From positions 3,802 to 67,801 of the forward strand of contig CAWHKK010000015.1 in assembly GCA_963829975.1 (NCBI GenBank): DNA of 64,000 bases, written 5' to 3'. Position 1 is the first letter of the stretch. Each line of letters starts with the position of its first letter. This DNA comes from an uncultured Actinomycetota bacterium. GTDB taxonomy: Bacteria > Actinomycetota > Actinomycetes > Propionibacteriales > Nocardioidaceae. The translations under genes were made by a program, and so were the position numbers. The notes beneath the pieces are model-generated. The model saw only the letters and a program-made list of their open reading frames with translations. It made no database searches and had not been told where the DNA came from. Positions 27,208 to 38,155 of this stretch are shown one piece after another.

Positions 27208-27291
27208 AGCACCCCTTCAGTCGGTCTCCCCGAGCAGAGAGTAGTGCCGATCGCCGACGAAGGTAGTTGCCTGCCCAAGTAGCGTTGGGTC

Positions 27292-28680
27292 GTGACTGAA
27301 GCTCCCACGCTCTCCACGCTCGGTGAGCTCCGTGCCGCCGGACACGTCCTGAAGCCGCTGCGGGCCGAGATCCGCGACAACCTGCTGGCCATGCTCCGCG
27401 AGGGACAGGACCCCTGGCCGGGGCTCCACGGGTTCGCGACCACCGTCATCCCCCAGCTCGAACGGGCGCTGATCGCCGGCCATGACGTGGTGCTGCTGGG
27501 GGAGCGCGGGCAGGGCAAGACCCGACTGCTGCGCACCATGGTCGGACTGCTCGACGAGTGGACGCCGGTGATCTCCGGCTCCGAGCTCGGCGAGCACCCC
27601 TACGAGCCGATCACGCATGGATCACAGGCCGCTGCCGCGGCGTACGGCGACGACCTGCGGATCTCCTGGAAGCACCGCGCCGAGCGCTACTCCGAGAAGC
27701 TCGCAACACCCGACACGAGCGTTGCGGACCTGATCGGTGACGTCGACCCGATGAAGGTTGCCGAGGGGCGCTCGCTCGGCGACCCCGAGACCATCCACTT
27801 CGGCCTGATCCCGCGCTCGCACCGCGGCATCGTGGCCATCAACGAGCTGCCCGACCTGGCCGAGCGGATCCAGGTCGCGATGCTCAACGTGATGGAGGAG
27901 CGCGACATCCAGATCCGCGGGTACGTCGTGCGGCTACCGCTCGACGTGCTCGTCGTGGCCAGCGCCAACCCCGAGGACTACACCAACCGCGGCCGGATCA
28001 TCACCCCGCTCAAGGACCGCTTCGGCGCCGAGATCCGCACGCACTACCCCGCAGAGCTGGACGCGGAGATCGCCGTGGTCCGCCAGGAAGCCGACCTCGT
28101 TGCCGACGTACCCGACTACCTGGTGGAGATCCTGGCCCGGTTCACCCGCAACCTGCGGGAGTCGTCGTCGGTCGACCAGCGGTCCGGCGTCTCCGCGCGC
28201 TTCGCGATCGCCGGGGCGGAGACCGTTGCAGCGGCGGCGATCCACCGAGCCACCGCCCAGGGTGAGGACGAGGCCGTGGCCAGGGTGGTCGACCTGGAGA
28301 CTGCGGTCGACGTGCTCGGCGGCAAGATCGAGTTCGAGTCGGGGGAGGAGGGCCGAGAGTCCGAGGTGCTCACCCACCTGCTGCGGACCGCGACCGCCGA
28401 GACCGTGCGCGAGCACTTCCGTGGTCTCGACTTCGCGCTGCTCGTCGAGGCGATCGAGGGTGGCGCGATGGTGACCACGGGCGAGCAGGTCACCGCCCGC
28501 GACTTCCTCGCCGGCCTGCCGGTGCTGGGCGAGTCGGAGCTCTACGACGACGTGTGCGAGCGCCTCGATGCGACCAACGACGGTCAGCGCGCCGGCGCCA
28601 TCGAGCTGGCTCTCGAGGGCCTCTACCTCGCCCGCAAGGTCGGCAAGGACTCCGACGGCAGCGAGACCGTCTATGGGTAG
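27292..28680 (+). CDS. Mg-chelatase-like AAA+ ATPase
   Basis: GERGQGKT Walker A, AINELPDL, ASANPEDYTNRGRIITPLKDRF; intact ORF. Confidence 0.88.
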   Translation: MTEAPTLSTLGELRAAGHVLKPLRAEIRDNLLAMLREGQDPWPGLHGFATTVIPQLERALIAGHDVVLLGERGQGKTRLLRTMVGLLDEWTPVISGSELGEHPYEPITHGSQAAAAAYGDDLRISWKHRAERYSEKLATPDTSVADLIGDVDPMKVAEGRSLGDPETIHFGLIPRSHRGIVAINELPDLAERIQVAMLNVMEERDIQIRGYVVRLPLDVLVVASANPEDYTNRGRIITPLKDRFGAEIRTHYPAELDAEIAVVRQEADLVADVPDYLVEILARFTRNLRESSSVDQRSGVSARFAIAGAETVAAAAIHRATAQGEDEAVARVVDLETAVDVLGGKIEFESGEEGRESEVLTHLLRTATAETVREHFRGLDFALLVEAIEGGAMVTTGEQVTARDFLAGLPVLGESELYDDVCERLDATNDGQRAGAIELALEGLYLARKVGKDSDGSETVYG

Positions 28681-30686
28681 AGCCCGGAGCGACCCGCTTT
28701 CGCCGCTACGACGGCGGCGACCCGCTCTCGCCACCGGTCGACATCGCCGAGGCGCTCGACGCCATCGGCGAGGACGTGATGGCGGGCTACTCGCCCGGAG
28801 CGCGCGATGCGGGAGTTCCTGCGCCGTGGCGGCAAGAACCAGACCGGCTTCGATGAGCTCGCCCGACGGGTGGCCGAGCGCCGCCGTGAGCTGCTGCAGC
28901 GCCACCACCTCGACGGCACTCTCCAGGAGGTCAAGGAGCTGCTGGACCGGGCGCTGCTCGAGGAGCGCAAGCAGCTGGCGCGAGACGCGATGATGGACGA
29001 CGCCGACCGTGCCTTCCGGGAGATCCAGCTCGACAACCTCCCCGACTCCACAGCGGCTGCGGTGAGCGAGCTGGGCAGCTACGACTGGGCTTCTCGCGAG
29101 GCCCGCGGAGGACTTCGAGAAGATCAAGGACCTTCTCGGGCGGGAGCTGCTCGACCAGCGGTTCGCTGGCATGAAGCAAGCGCTCGAGGACGCCACCGAC
29201 GAGGACCGCGCCGCGATCAACGAGATGCTCGAGCGATCTCAACGCGCTGCTGGAGAAGCACCAGCGCGGCGAGGACACCGACGAGGACTTCGAGCAGTTC
29301 ATGGACAAGCACGGCGACTTCTTCCCGGAGCGACCCGCAGAACATCGACGAGCTGCTCGACGCGCTCGCCCAGCGGTCAGCCGCGGCCCAGCGGATGCTC
29401 AACTCGATGAGCCCCGAGCAGCGCCAGGAGCTGATGGAGCTCTCGGCGCAGGCGTTCGGTTCGCCGCAGCTGATGCAGTCGCTGGCGCAGCTCGACGCCA
29501 ACCTCCAGTCGCTGCGTCCCAGCGAGGACTGGGGTGGCTCGGAGCGCTTCGACGGCGAGCAAGGACTCGGCCTCGGCGACGGCACCGGCGTGCTGCAGGA
29601 CCTCGCCGACCTCGACGCCCTGGCCGACCAGCTCTCCCAGTCCTACGGCGGCGCCCGGATGGACGACGTCGACCTCGACAAGCTCGCGCGCCAGCTCGGC
29701 GACCAGGCCGCGGTCGACGCCCGCACGCTGCGCGAGCTGGAGAAGGCGCTGCGCGAGAGCGGCACGATGCGGCGCGACTCCTCGGGTCAGCTCAAGCTGA
29801 CGCCGAAGGCGATGCGCCAGCTCGGCAAGGCGCTGCTGCGCGACGTGGCCAAGAAGATGTCCGGTCGTCAGGGCCAGCGCGACCTGCGGCAGGCGGGCGC
29901 TGCCGGCGAGCGGTCGGGGGCGACGCGCGAGTGGGCCTTCGGCGACACCGAGCCGTGGGACATCCCGCGCACCGTCCTCAACGGCGTACGCCGCCGCGCT
30001 GCTGACGGCGGGCGCCGGTCCGCTGGTCACCGATCGAGGACATCGAGGTCAGCGAGACCGAGGCGCGCACCCAGGCCGCGGTGGCGCTGCTCGTCGACAC
30101 GTCGTTCTCGATGGCGATGGACGGACGCTGGGTGCCGATGAAGCGGACCGCGCTGGCGCTGCACACCCTGATCAGGTCGCGGTTCCGGGGCGACCACCTC
30201 CAGCTGATCGGCTTCGGCCGGCATGCCGAGGTGATGGACATCGAGCAGCTCACCGGCCTGGACGCGATGTGGGACAAGGGCACCAACCTCCACCACGCGC
30301 TACTGCTCGCCAACCGCCACTTCCGCAAGCACCCGCAGGCCCAGCCGGTGCTGCTGATCGTCACCGACGGCGAGCCGACCTCCCACCTCGAGCCCGATGG
30401 CGAGGTCTACTTCGCCTACCCGCCGCACCCGCTGACCGTTGCCTACGCAGTCCGCGAGCTGGACAACTCGATGCGGCTCGGTGCCCAGACCACGTTCTTC
30501 CGGCTCGGCGAGGACCCCGGCCTCGCCCGGTTCATCGACTCGATGGCCAGGCGCGTCGATGGGCGGGTGGTCTCACCCGAGCTCGACGACCTCGGCGCAG
30601 CCGTGGTCGGTTCCTACCTCGGCTCCCGCGGTCAGATCCCGACGGACTGGGTCGTGCCCCCCAGCGTGCGCCGTAACGCACCCTGA
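28673..30686 (+). CDS. VWA domain protein (partner of the upstream ATPase), frameshifted
   Basis: RYDGGDPL at the N-terminus; LLVDTSFSM MIDAS, GTNLHHAL, IVTDGEPT. Confidence 0.88.
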
Positions 30687-30698
30687 GGGGCACGACCC
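30649..30698. repeat. Long imperfect hairpin (REP-like or bidirectional terminator)
   Basis: GGGTCGTGCCCC (30649-30660) pairs with GGGGCACGACCC (30687-30698); inner CAG/CTG and GTGCG/CGCAC pairings. Confidence 0.6.
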
Positions 30699-30713
30699 GG
30701 TCAACAAGCTGGG

Positions 30714-33044
30714 TCAGACGGAGACCAGTTCCGCAGCCTCGGCCACTTCGTCGCGCAGTGCCTGCTGCTCGTTGCGGTACCGGAGCAGGCTGTCTCCCTC
30801 GACGTCCACGTTCGGCAGGATCCGGTCCAGCCACTTCGGCAGCCACCAGGCCTTGTCGCCCAGCAGGTACAAGACGGCCGGGATCAGGATCATCCGCACG
30901 ATGAACGCGTCGAAGATGATCGCTGCGGCGAGCGCGAAGCCCATCGACTTCACGATCGGGTCGTCCTGCAGCATGAAGGCGGCAAAGACCGACGTCATGA
31001 TCAGCGCGGCGGCGGTGACCACCCGGGCTGAGTTGCGGAAGCCGTCGACGATCGCGTCCTTGGCTGTGGCGCCGTGCACGTAGGCCTCGCGCACGCGGGT
31101 GACGAGGAAGACCTGGTAGTCCATGGCCAGGCCGAACACCACGCCGATCAGGAAGATCGGCATGAAGCTGACGATCGGCTGTCCGTCCAGCAGGCCGAAG
31201 GCGCCTTCTTGGAAGACGGCGACGGTCGCGCCGAGAGTGGCCAGCACCGAGAGCAGGAAGCCCAACGTGGCGGTCAGCGGAACGAGGATCGAGCGGAACA
31301 CGATCATCAACAAGATGAACGCCAGCCCGATCACCACGGCCAGGTAGACCGGCAGGGCGTGGGCGAGCCGCTCGGACACGTCGGTCGTGATCGCAGTGAG
31401 GCCGGTGACGCCGACGGTGGTGTCGGTCTGGTCCTCGAGCCCGGACTGGCCGTCGCGGAGCTCCGCGAGCAGGTTCTCCGTGCGCGTGTCATCCGGTCCG
31501 TACGCCGGCGTGACCAAGATCTGAGCGCCGGTCGCTGCCGAGTCGCTACCGGCGTTGGTCAGGGCCACCTGGGCGTTCTGAACGCCGTCCTTGGTCTCGA
31601 TCCAGCTCGCGATCTTGGCGAAGGTGTCCTGGCGGTCGTCCTCGGCCACCTGGCTCGCGTCGACCACCATCAGCATCGGAGCCTCGCGGCCCGGTCCGAA
31701 CGCATCGGAGACCAGATCAGAGGCCTTGCGCTGAGTGGTGTCGCTCGGCGACGTGCTGTCGGTGGGGAAGGCCAGGTGCATCTCACGCAACGGCAGTGCC
31801 AGGGCGCCCAGGGCCACCACGACAAGCAGCACCGCTGCGACCGGACGGCGACCCACGAGCCGGGCCCAGCGGGCGCCGTTGTTCAGGATCCTGCCCTCGT
31901 CGTCGCGCCGCGGACGGTAGTGCCGGATGCGGCCACCGAACGCCTTGGACTTGAGCATGCCAATGATCGCTGGGAGCAGCGTGAGCGCCACCAGGACTGC
32001 GACGAACACCGTCGCGGCCGCGGCGAGACCCATCGCCGTGAGGAACGGAATGCCGACCACCGAGAGTGCCGAGAGCGCGATCAGCACGGTGAGGCCGGCG
32101 AAGACCACTGCCGAGCCGGAAGTGCCGACTGCGACGCCGATGGCTTCCTCGCGGTCATCGGTCATCATCAGCTCGGTGCGGTAACGGGCCAGGATGAACA
32201 GCGTGTAGTCGATGCCGACAGCCAGGCCGAGCATGGTGGCGAGGATCGGAGTGCTGGAGCCGATGTCCATGAAGGCCGTCATCGCGGTGATACCGGCCAT
32301 CCCCAGACCCAGGCCGAACATGGCGGTCAGGATCGGGAGCCCGGCACCGACGAGCGAGCCGAAGGTCAGCACCAGCACGACGAGAGCGACGGCGATACCG
32401 ATCAGCTCCGAGGTGCCGCCGGGGGTTTCCGAGGAGCTCATGCCGGAGCCGTTGACTTCGGCGACCAGTCCCGCGTCGCGAGCGGTGGAGAGGGCGTCCT
32501 TGATCTCGCCCTGGGTGGCCTTGTCGACGTCGGCGATGGTCTCGACGTCCAGCTGGAAGTTGATCAGCCCCACCCGGCCGTCCTTGGAGAGGGTGCTCAG
32601 CGCGTCGGCATTGCCCTCGGTGTCGACAGGCGGGCCGCGGTCCGAAGCGGCCTCGGCGAGCTGTTGCCTCAGGTCCGCATCCGCGTCCACGGGGTTGGCA
32701 AGCGTGTCGGCCGCCGGCATCTGCGAGCCGCCAGCCAGGTCGGCGATCAGGTCGTCGACCGCCGCCCGATACGCCGGCTCGTCGAGGGTGTGTCCCTCGG
32801 CCGCCGCGACGACCACAGTCACGCCGGCCTGGTCGAAGGCGTCCTTCGAGCCGGGGAAGAGCTCGGCCTGGAGATCGGCTGCTTGCTCCGAAGGGATACC
32901 CGGGATCGAGAACGAGTCGGTCATGGGTTTGGACATGGTGGCCGCGAACGTGCTGACACCGATCATCGCCACGATCCAGGCGGCGAGGAAGATCGGCCAC
33001 TGTCGGTAGGCGGTCTTGCCGATCCGGTAGAGCAGGGTTGCCAT
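30714..33044 (-). CDS. MMPL/RND family transporter
   Basis: 776-aa intact ORF; LGLAVGIDYTLFILARYR, FGLAMDYQVFLVTR, SARVVTAAALIM. Confidence 0.93.
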   Translation of the reverse strand: MATLLYRIGKTAYRQWPIFLAAWIVAMIGVSTFAATMSKPMTDSFSIPGIPSEQAADLQAELFPGSKDAFDQAGVTVVVAAAEGHTLDEPAYRAAVDDLIADLAGGSQMPAADTLANPVDADADLRQQLAEAASDRGPPVDTEGNADALSTLSKDGRVGLINFQLDVETIADVDKATQGEIKDALSTARDAGLVAEVNGSGMSSSETPGGTSELIGIAVALVVLVLTFGSLVGAGLPILTAMFGLGLGMAGITAMTAFMDIGSSTPILATMLGLAVGIDYTLFILARYRTELMMTDDREEAIGVAVGTSGSAVVFAGLTVLIALSALSVVGIPFLTAMGLAAAATVFVAVLVALTLLPAIIGMLKSKAFGGRIRHYRPRRDDEGRILNNGARWARLVGRRPVAAVLLVVVALGALALPLREMHLAFPTDSTSPSDTTQRKASDLVSDAFGPGREAPMLMVVDASQVAEDDRQDTFAKIASWIETKDGVQNAQVALTNAGSDSAATGAQILVTPAYGPDDTRTENLLAELRDGQSGLEDQTDTTVGVTGLTAITTDVSERLAHALPVYLAVVIGLAFILLMIVFRSILVPLTATLGFLLSVLATLGATVAVFQEGAFGLLDGQPIVSFMPIFLIGVVFGLAMDYQVFLVTRVREAYVHGATAKDAIVDGFRNSARVVTAAALIMTSVFAAFMLQDDPIVKSMGFALAAAIIFDAFIVRMILIPAVLYLLGDKAWWLPKWLDRILPNVDVEGDSLLRYRNEQQALRDEVAEAAELVSV

Positions 33045-33079
33045 CAGAGTTGGTTTCCTTGTGAGGGAGGAGCTGGTGG

Positions 33080-33670
33080 TCAGGCGAAGGTGGAGCGGAG
33101 GGCGCCGACCGCCTCGTTGAAGAGGTCGACGAGCTCGCGGTCGGGGTGCTCGAGGTAGTGGTCGAGGGCGAGCTCGAACAGCGCGCCGAAGACCCGGAAG
33201 AGCACGCGGGCCTGGGTCTCGTCGTACGCCGCGCCCTCACGCACCTGAGCTGCCTCGCGGATCTGCTCCACGTAGGAGTCGAAGTCGGCCATCGCCTGGG
33301 TGATCAGTCGGGGGTTGTCGTGCATCACGCGACGGAGCAGGGCCAGCTCATCGCGGTCGATGTCGGCGTCGTCGAGCAGCGCGTCGACCATGGCGATCAA
33401 GTCGTCCAGGAGCTTGCCGGTGGGCCCGCCGCCACGGAAGGTGGCGAGCAGGTCGACGTCCAAGGGGGGTCTGTCGCCGCGCACCGCGGCGTCCTTGCCG
33501 GGGAAGTAGTTGAAGAGGGTCCGCCGCGAGACGTCAGCGGCGGCGGCTAGGTCGTCCATGGTGAAGCCGTCGAGGCCGTGCTCGTCGGCGAGCAGCCGGG
33601 CGCAGTGGCTGATCCGATGCGAGGTCTCGAAACGCCGCGCCTCCCGGATCGAACTTGCACTCGTATTCAT
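33080..33670 (-). CDS. TetR family transcriptional regulator
   Basis: HGLDGFTMDDLAAAADVSRRTLFNYFPGK HTH. Confidence 0.92.
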   Translation of the reverse strand: MNTSASSIREARRFETSHRISHCARLLADEHGLDGFTMDDLAAAADVSRRTLFNYFPGKDAAVRGDRPPLDVDLLATFRGGGPTGKLLDDLIAMVDALLDDADIDRDELALLRRVMHDNPRLITQAMADFDSYVEQIREAAQVREGAAYDETQARVLFRVFGALFELALDHYLEHPDRELVDLFNEAVGALRSTFA

Positions 33671-33707
33671 AGAGTGCAAGTTTGCACTATGGGTGCCGAC
33701 AGTGCAA
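33652..33707. promoter_or_regulatory. Two tandem inverted repeats, putative TetR operators
   Basis: AACTTGCACT-N11-AGTGCAAGTT (33652-33682) and TTGCACT-N12-AGTGCAA (33682-33707), spanning the tetR start. Confidence 0.7.
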
Positions 33708-34581
33708 TTCCGTGGAGTGTGACCTGCGCTACTGGCTCGGGGTGCAGGATGGCGGCCAGCTCCTCGACGCCGTCGACCAGGCGGGTGCCCGGTCGGGCCC
33801 AGGACGCATTCGCATCCACCGCATGCACCGGTACGCCGGCCGGCAGCACGCCGGAGGCGACCAGCTCTTCCGCGAGCCGCTGCGACCCCGCGAGGTCGTA
33901 GCCGCAGGGTCCGACCACGATCAGCTCGGGCTCTGCCTCATGGACCTGCTCCCACAGCACCCGCTCGGACTTCGCGCCGGCCTTGCCGAGCAGAGGCTCG
34001 CCGCCTGCCGCCTCGATCATCTCCGGGACCCAGTGGCCGGGAGCGAACGGAGGGTCGGTCCACTCGAGAAACATCACCCGGGGCGCGCCGCGGCCGGCCA
34101 CCCGCGCCCGGACGACGTCGAGGCGACCGCGCTGGGCGGACACCAGCTCGCGCGCCTCCTGTTCGTGACCGGTGGCCCGGCCCAGGGTGATGATCGACTC
34201 CAGCACCTCCTCGAGGGTGTGGGGATCGATGGTCAGCACCTCGGCGGTGCAGCCCAGATGGGCCAGGGCGTCGTCGACCACCGAGACGTCGACCGCGCAC
34301 ACCGCACACAGGTCCTGGGTCACGACCAGATCGGCATCGAGGCCGGCCAGGGCCCCGGCATCCAGGTGATAGAGATCCTCCCCGTGCGCGATCGCGCCGA
34401 CGACGTACGCGTCGATCTCGGCGGGTGTCAGGCCCTCCGGCATGGCGGACGTCGACACGATCGGACGGTCGCGGGCCTGACTGGGAAAGTCGCACTCGAA
34501 CGTCACGCCCACCACGTCGTCGCCCGCGCCGATGGCGAACAGGATCTCGGTGGTGGACGGCAGCAGGGACACGATCCTCAT
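33667..34581 (-). CDS. Cobalamin/iron-siderophore-type ABC substrate-binding protein
   Basis: MRIVSLLPSTTEIL, VGVTFECDFP, TQDLCAVCAV, GHWVPEMI, ARPGTRLVDG; the true stop may be nearer 33730. Confidence 0.85.
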   Translation of the reverse strand: MRIVSLLPSTTEILFAIGAGDDVVGVTFECDFPSQARDRPIVSTSAMPEGLTPAEIDAYVVGAIAHGEDLYHLDAGALAGLDADLVVTQDLCAVCAVDVSVVDDALAHLGCTAEVLTIDPHTLEEVLESIITLGRATGHEQEARELVSAQRGRLDVVRARVAGRGAPRVMFLEWTDPPFAPGHWVPEMIEAAGGEPLLGKAGAKSERVLWEQVHEAEPELIVVGPCGYDLAGSQRLAEELVASGVLPAGVPVHAVDANASWARPGTRLVDGVEELAAILHPEPVAQVTLHGIALSAPIVQTCTL

Positions 34582-34604
34582 GGCTCGAGCCTAGGGTGAC
34601 CGAC

Positions 34605-35384
34605 GTGGAGGACCCGACCCTGACCGTGCTGGCCCTGCTCGGACTGGCGGCGCTGGCGGCGGGGTTCGTCGACGCGGTGGTCGGCGGTGGCGGGCTCATC
34701 CAGCTGCCCGCACTGCTGCTCGGGCTGCCCGGAGCCAGTCCGGTCCAGGTGCTGGCCACCAACAAGCTCGCCTCCGCGTGCGGCACCACCGTCGCCGCGG
34801 GCACCTACTACCGCCGGATCCGGCCCGACCCCCGCACCTTCCTGCCGTTGATGGCGCTGTCGTTCATCGGGTCCGCTTTCGGCGCAGCTGTGGCGTTCTT
34901 GATCCCGAAGGAGTCATTCGACCCGATCGTGCTCGTCGTGCTGCTCGTGGTGGGCACCTACGTGCTGCTCCGGCCGACGATGGGTGGGGAGACCATGCTG
35001 CGCTTCTCCGGTCACCGGCACACAGCGGCCGCGATGCTGGTCGGCCTGGCCGTCGGCTTCTACGACGGGGCGCTCGGTCCCGGCACCGGCAGCTTTTTCG
35101 TGGTCATCCTGGTCGGCCTGTTGGGCTACTCGTTCCTCGAGGGCTCGGCCAACGCCCGGCTGGCCAACTGGGCGACCAACGTGGCTGCCCTGTGCGTCTT
35201 CGTGCCCAACGGCGCGGTGCTCTGGAAGGTCGGCCTGATCATGGGCGCCTGCAACGTGTTCGGCGCGTACGCCGGCGCCCGCACCGCGGTGGCCAAGGGC
35301 GCCGGCTTCGTCCGGGTGTTCTTCATCGTGGTCGTCGCCGCGTTCGTGCTCCGCATCGGGGGTGACCTCGCAGGGCTGTGGTGA
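34605..35384 (+). CDS. TSUP/TauE-SafE (sulfite exporter) family transporter
   Basis: AGFVDAVVGGGGLIQLPAL, ATNKLAS, GFYDGALGPGTGSF. Confidence 0.9.
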   Translation: MEDPTLTVLALLGLAALAAGFVDAVVGGGGLIQLPALLLGLPGASPVQVLATNKLASACGTTVAAGTYYRRIRPDPRTFLPLMALSFIGSAFGAAVAFLIPKESFDPIVLVVLLVVGTYVLLRPTMGGETMLRFSGHRHTAAAMLVGLAVGFYDGALGPGTGSFFVVILVGLLGYSFLEGSANARLANWATNVAALCVFVPNGAVLWKVGLIMGACNVFGAYAGARTAVAKGAGFVRVFFIVVVAAFVLRIGGDLAGLW

Positions 35385-35410
35385 CCGGTGCAGGAACTAG
35401 GCTCCGGACC

Positions 35411-35743
35411 ATGAGCGTTCCGATCGCGGTGGAAGACATCGGCAAGGCGCTGACCGACTATGGCGCCGGCTACCTGCTGACCACGTCGGACGGTCGCGTG
35501 AAGGTGGTCTCCGTCGAACCCAGGATGCGCCAGCCAGCGGTGCTGGTTGCGCCCATGCCCGGACGCGGCACCAGCGCGAACATCGCCGCCAACCCGCTGG
35601 TGACATTGGTCTTCCCGCCGCTCGCACAGGGCGGTTTCACGTTGCTGGTCGATGGCACCGCCGAGCTCGTCGGTGACGACGCGGTGGTCACCGCGACGAG
35701 TGCCGTGCTGCACCGGTCCGCCGACCACGCGCCGGTTACCTGA
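35411..35743 (+). CDS. Pyridoxamine 5'-phosphate oxidase-like split-barrel protein
   Basis: YLLTTSDGRVKVVSV, GRGTSANIAANPLVTLVFPP, FTLLVDG. Confidence 0.65.
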   Translation: MSVPIAVEDIGKALTDYGAGYLLTTSDGRVKVVSVEPRMRQPAVLVAPMPGRGTSANIAANPLVTLVFPPLAQGGFTLLVDGTAELVGDDAVVTATSAVLHRSADHAPVT

Positions 35744-35776
35744 CCTGAGCTCGCTGATCGACGGAAGGACTGGCAG

Positions 35777-36199
35777 TTGAGCGCCCAGAGCCGAGGCATC
35801 CAGTGGCTGCTGGTCGGAGCGATAGTGCTCGACGTCGTCTACTGGAGCCTGTGGTTCGCCGACCGGGACTCGATCGCGAGCGAGCACAGCCAGGCCTACT
35901 ACGAGTTCGAGAACGCCTTCCCGCTGGCGGACGCGTGGTTGGGCGTCGCCTGCCTGCTGGCGCTGGTCACCTTGCGTGCCGGACGGCCGAGCGCGTTCTT
36001 CTGGCTGGTCTGCGCCGGCAGCTCCGGGATGTACCTGTTCTGCATGGACCTGCTCTACGACCTGGAGAACGGGATCTTCACCAAGGGAGGCGGAGGTGCC
36101 TTCGAGGCCGCGATCGTGGCGGCCACCCTGGTGTTCTCGGTGACCGTGCTGACCTGGTCGTGGCGTCACCACCGTGCGCTCCTGGCAGTGAAGTCGTGA
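35777..36199 (+). CDS. Hypothetical 4-TM membrane protein
   Basis: Hydrophobic helices, YYEFENAFPLADAW, MDLLYDLENG. Confidence 0.65.
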   Translation: MSAQSRGIQWLLVGAIVLDVVYWSLWFADRDSIASEHSQAYYEFENAFPLADAWLGVACLLALVTLRAGRPSAFFWLVCAGSSGMYLFCMDLLYDLENGIFTKGGGGAFEAAIVAATLVFSVTVLTWSWRHHRALLAVKS

Positions 36200-36692
36200 C
36201 CATTCGCGAGGCCACCACCGCTGACTGGCCGCAGATCTGGCCGATCTTCGCGGAGATCGTCGAGGCCGGTGAGACCTATGCCTTCCCGACGGACCTGACC
36301 CCTGAGCGGGCCCGCAGCCTGTGGCTCGAGCTGCCGCCCGGATCGACGGTGGTGCTGGAGCAGGACGGCAGGATCTTCGGTTCGGCGAAGATGGGCCCCA
36401 ACCGCCCGGGCCGCGGCGACCACATCGGCACGGCGTCGTTCATGGTCGGTGCCGACATGCGCGGGCTGGGCGTGGGCCGACGACTGGCCGAGCATGTCGT
36501 GGAGTGGCACCGCAAGCAGGGCTACAGCGGCATCCAGTTCAACGCCGTGGTCGAGACCAACACCGCCGCCGTCCGCCTCTGGCAGGGCTCGGCTTCGAGA
36601 TCATCGGCACGGTGCCCGGCGCCTTCGAGTCCCGTACCCACGGCCGCGTCGGGCTGCACGTCATGTTCCTCGACCTGTCAGGACCCGCCTGA
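36196..36692 (+). CDS. GNAT family N-acetyltransferase
   Basis: TIREATTADWPQIWPIF, GPNRPGRGDHIGTASFMV, IQFNAVVETN. Confidence 0.88.
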
Positions 36693-38028
36693 GAGGTCCT
36701 CGGCGAAGCCGGGCAGGAACTCCTCCAGGATCGCGCGGAACGGCGCCTCCGCCCCCAGCTGGCTGAGCACGCCGATCCCACCGATCCAGGTGCGGTGGAT
36801 CAGCATGTACGACGGCGGGAGGTTGAGCTTGATCGCCACCGTGTACGCCGGCTCGCGCGGATTGTTGATCCGGGCGAACTGCGTCGCGCATCCAGTCCCG
36901 GCTGAACTGGAAGGACTCGCCCCGGGTGGGTTCCACCAGCGGCGAGAGGTAGTCCATCAGCTCACCGGGGTCGATCCGGATCTTGTCCCGGATGAACCCC
37001 TCGCGGCGCAGGCCCTCGAGCAGCTGCTCGGCATCGTCGAGAGCCGCGAGCCGGATCAGGCTGCCCATGGCCTCGGGGAGGTTGCGCTCGGGGAGCCGTG
37101 CGACGGCGCCGTAGTCGAGCACCCCCAGGCGGCCGGGGGAGCCGTCCTCGTTGGGCAGGATGCGGAAGTTGCCGGGGTGGGGGTCGGCGTGCAGCATGCC
37201 GGTGCGGCTCGGCCCGGAGAACGCGAAGCGGGCGTAGAGCTGGCCGTAGTGGTTGCGCTCCTCCTGGGTGCCGCTGGCGATGATCGAGGCCAGTGATGCG
37301 GGCGACTCGAGCCACTCGGTGATGATCACGGCGTCGCCGACCGCGACCACGTCCGGGATCACGATGCCGGGGTCGTCGGCGAACTCGGCTGCGAAGACCG
37401 CCTGGGCCTCGCCCTCGAGCTTGTAGTTGAGCTCGTCCTCGGCTCGGGCCTGGACCTCCTCGACCAACGGCTTGATGTCGATGCCGGGGAAGACCGGACC
37501 GATGGTGCGCGCGAGCCGAGCCAGCTGTTTCAGGTCGGACCGCAGCGCATCGCCGGCGCCCGGGTACTGCACCTTGACCGCGACCTCCCGGCCGTCGTGC
37601 CAGCGCCCCTTGTGCACCTGACCGATGCTGGCCGCGGCAGTAGGACCGCCGTCGAGCCAGACCAGCTGGTCGCCCCAGTCGAGCCCGAGCTCGTGGTCGA
37701 GGATGTCGCGCACGGTCTGCGTCGGCATCGGCGGTGCCGAGTCCTGGAGCTTGGTCAGCTGGTCGCGGTACGGCGCCGCCAGCTCCTCGGGCAGCGCTGC
37801 CTCGAAGATCGACAGCGCCTGGCCGAACTTCATCGCCCCGCCCTTGAGCTCGCCCAGGGTGCGGAACAGCTGCTCGGCAGTGCGCTGCTGGATCTCGGTC
37901 ATCACTGCCTCGGCTGGCGCGCCGCCGATCCGCTTGCCCCAACCGATCGCGCTGCGGCCGGCGTAGCCGAGCGGCAGCGCGGCCAACTTGGCCGTCCGGG
38001 CTGCTGCCTTGCGGGGGAGGTCGGCCAT
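36678..38028 (-). CDS. ABC1/AarF/UbiB atypical kinase
   Basis: LKGGAMKFGQALS, AAASIGQVH, VAVKVQYPG, HADPHPGNF, VLDYGAV. Confidence 0.92.
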
Positions 38029-38155
38029 GGCGTCATTCTTCCAGGCGGCACCAGCGGCCGGTGCTAGGTTGCCGCCGCGAGGCAGATCGCGCAGCAGCCA
38101 CCGGCGCTGGACCGGCACGGCACTCGGGTCATCCGATCCGCAAGGAGGAGCAGGC

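Noticed and set aside
31074-33158. Long antisense ORFs (for example 694 aa opposite MMPL, 428 aa opposite the ATPase)
   Set aside because: Shadow ORFs expected from high-GC codon bias, with no recognisable motifs.
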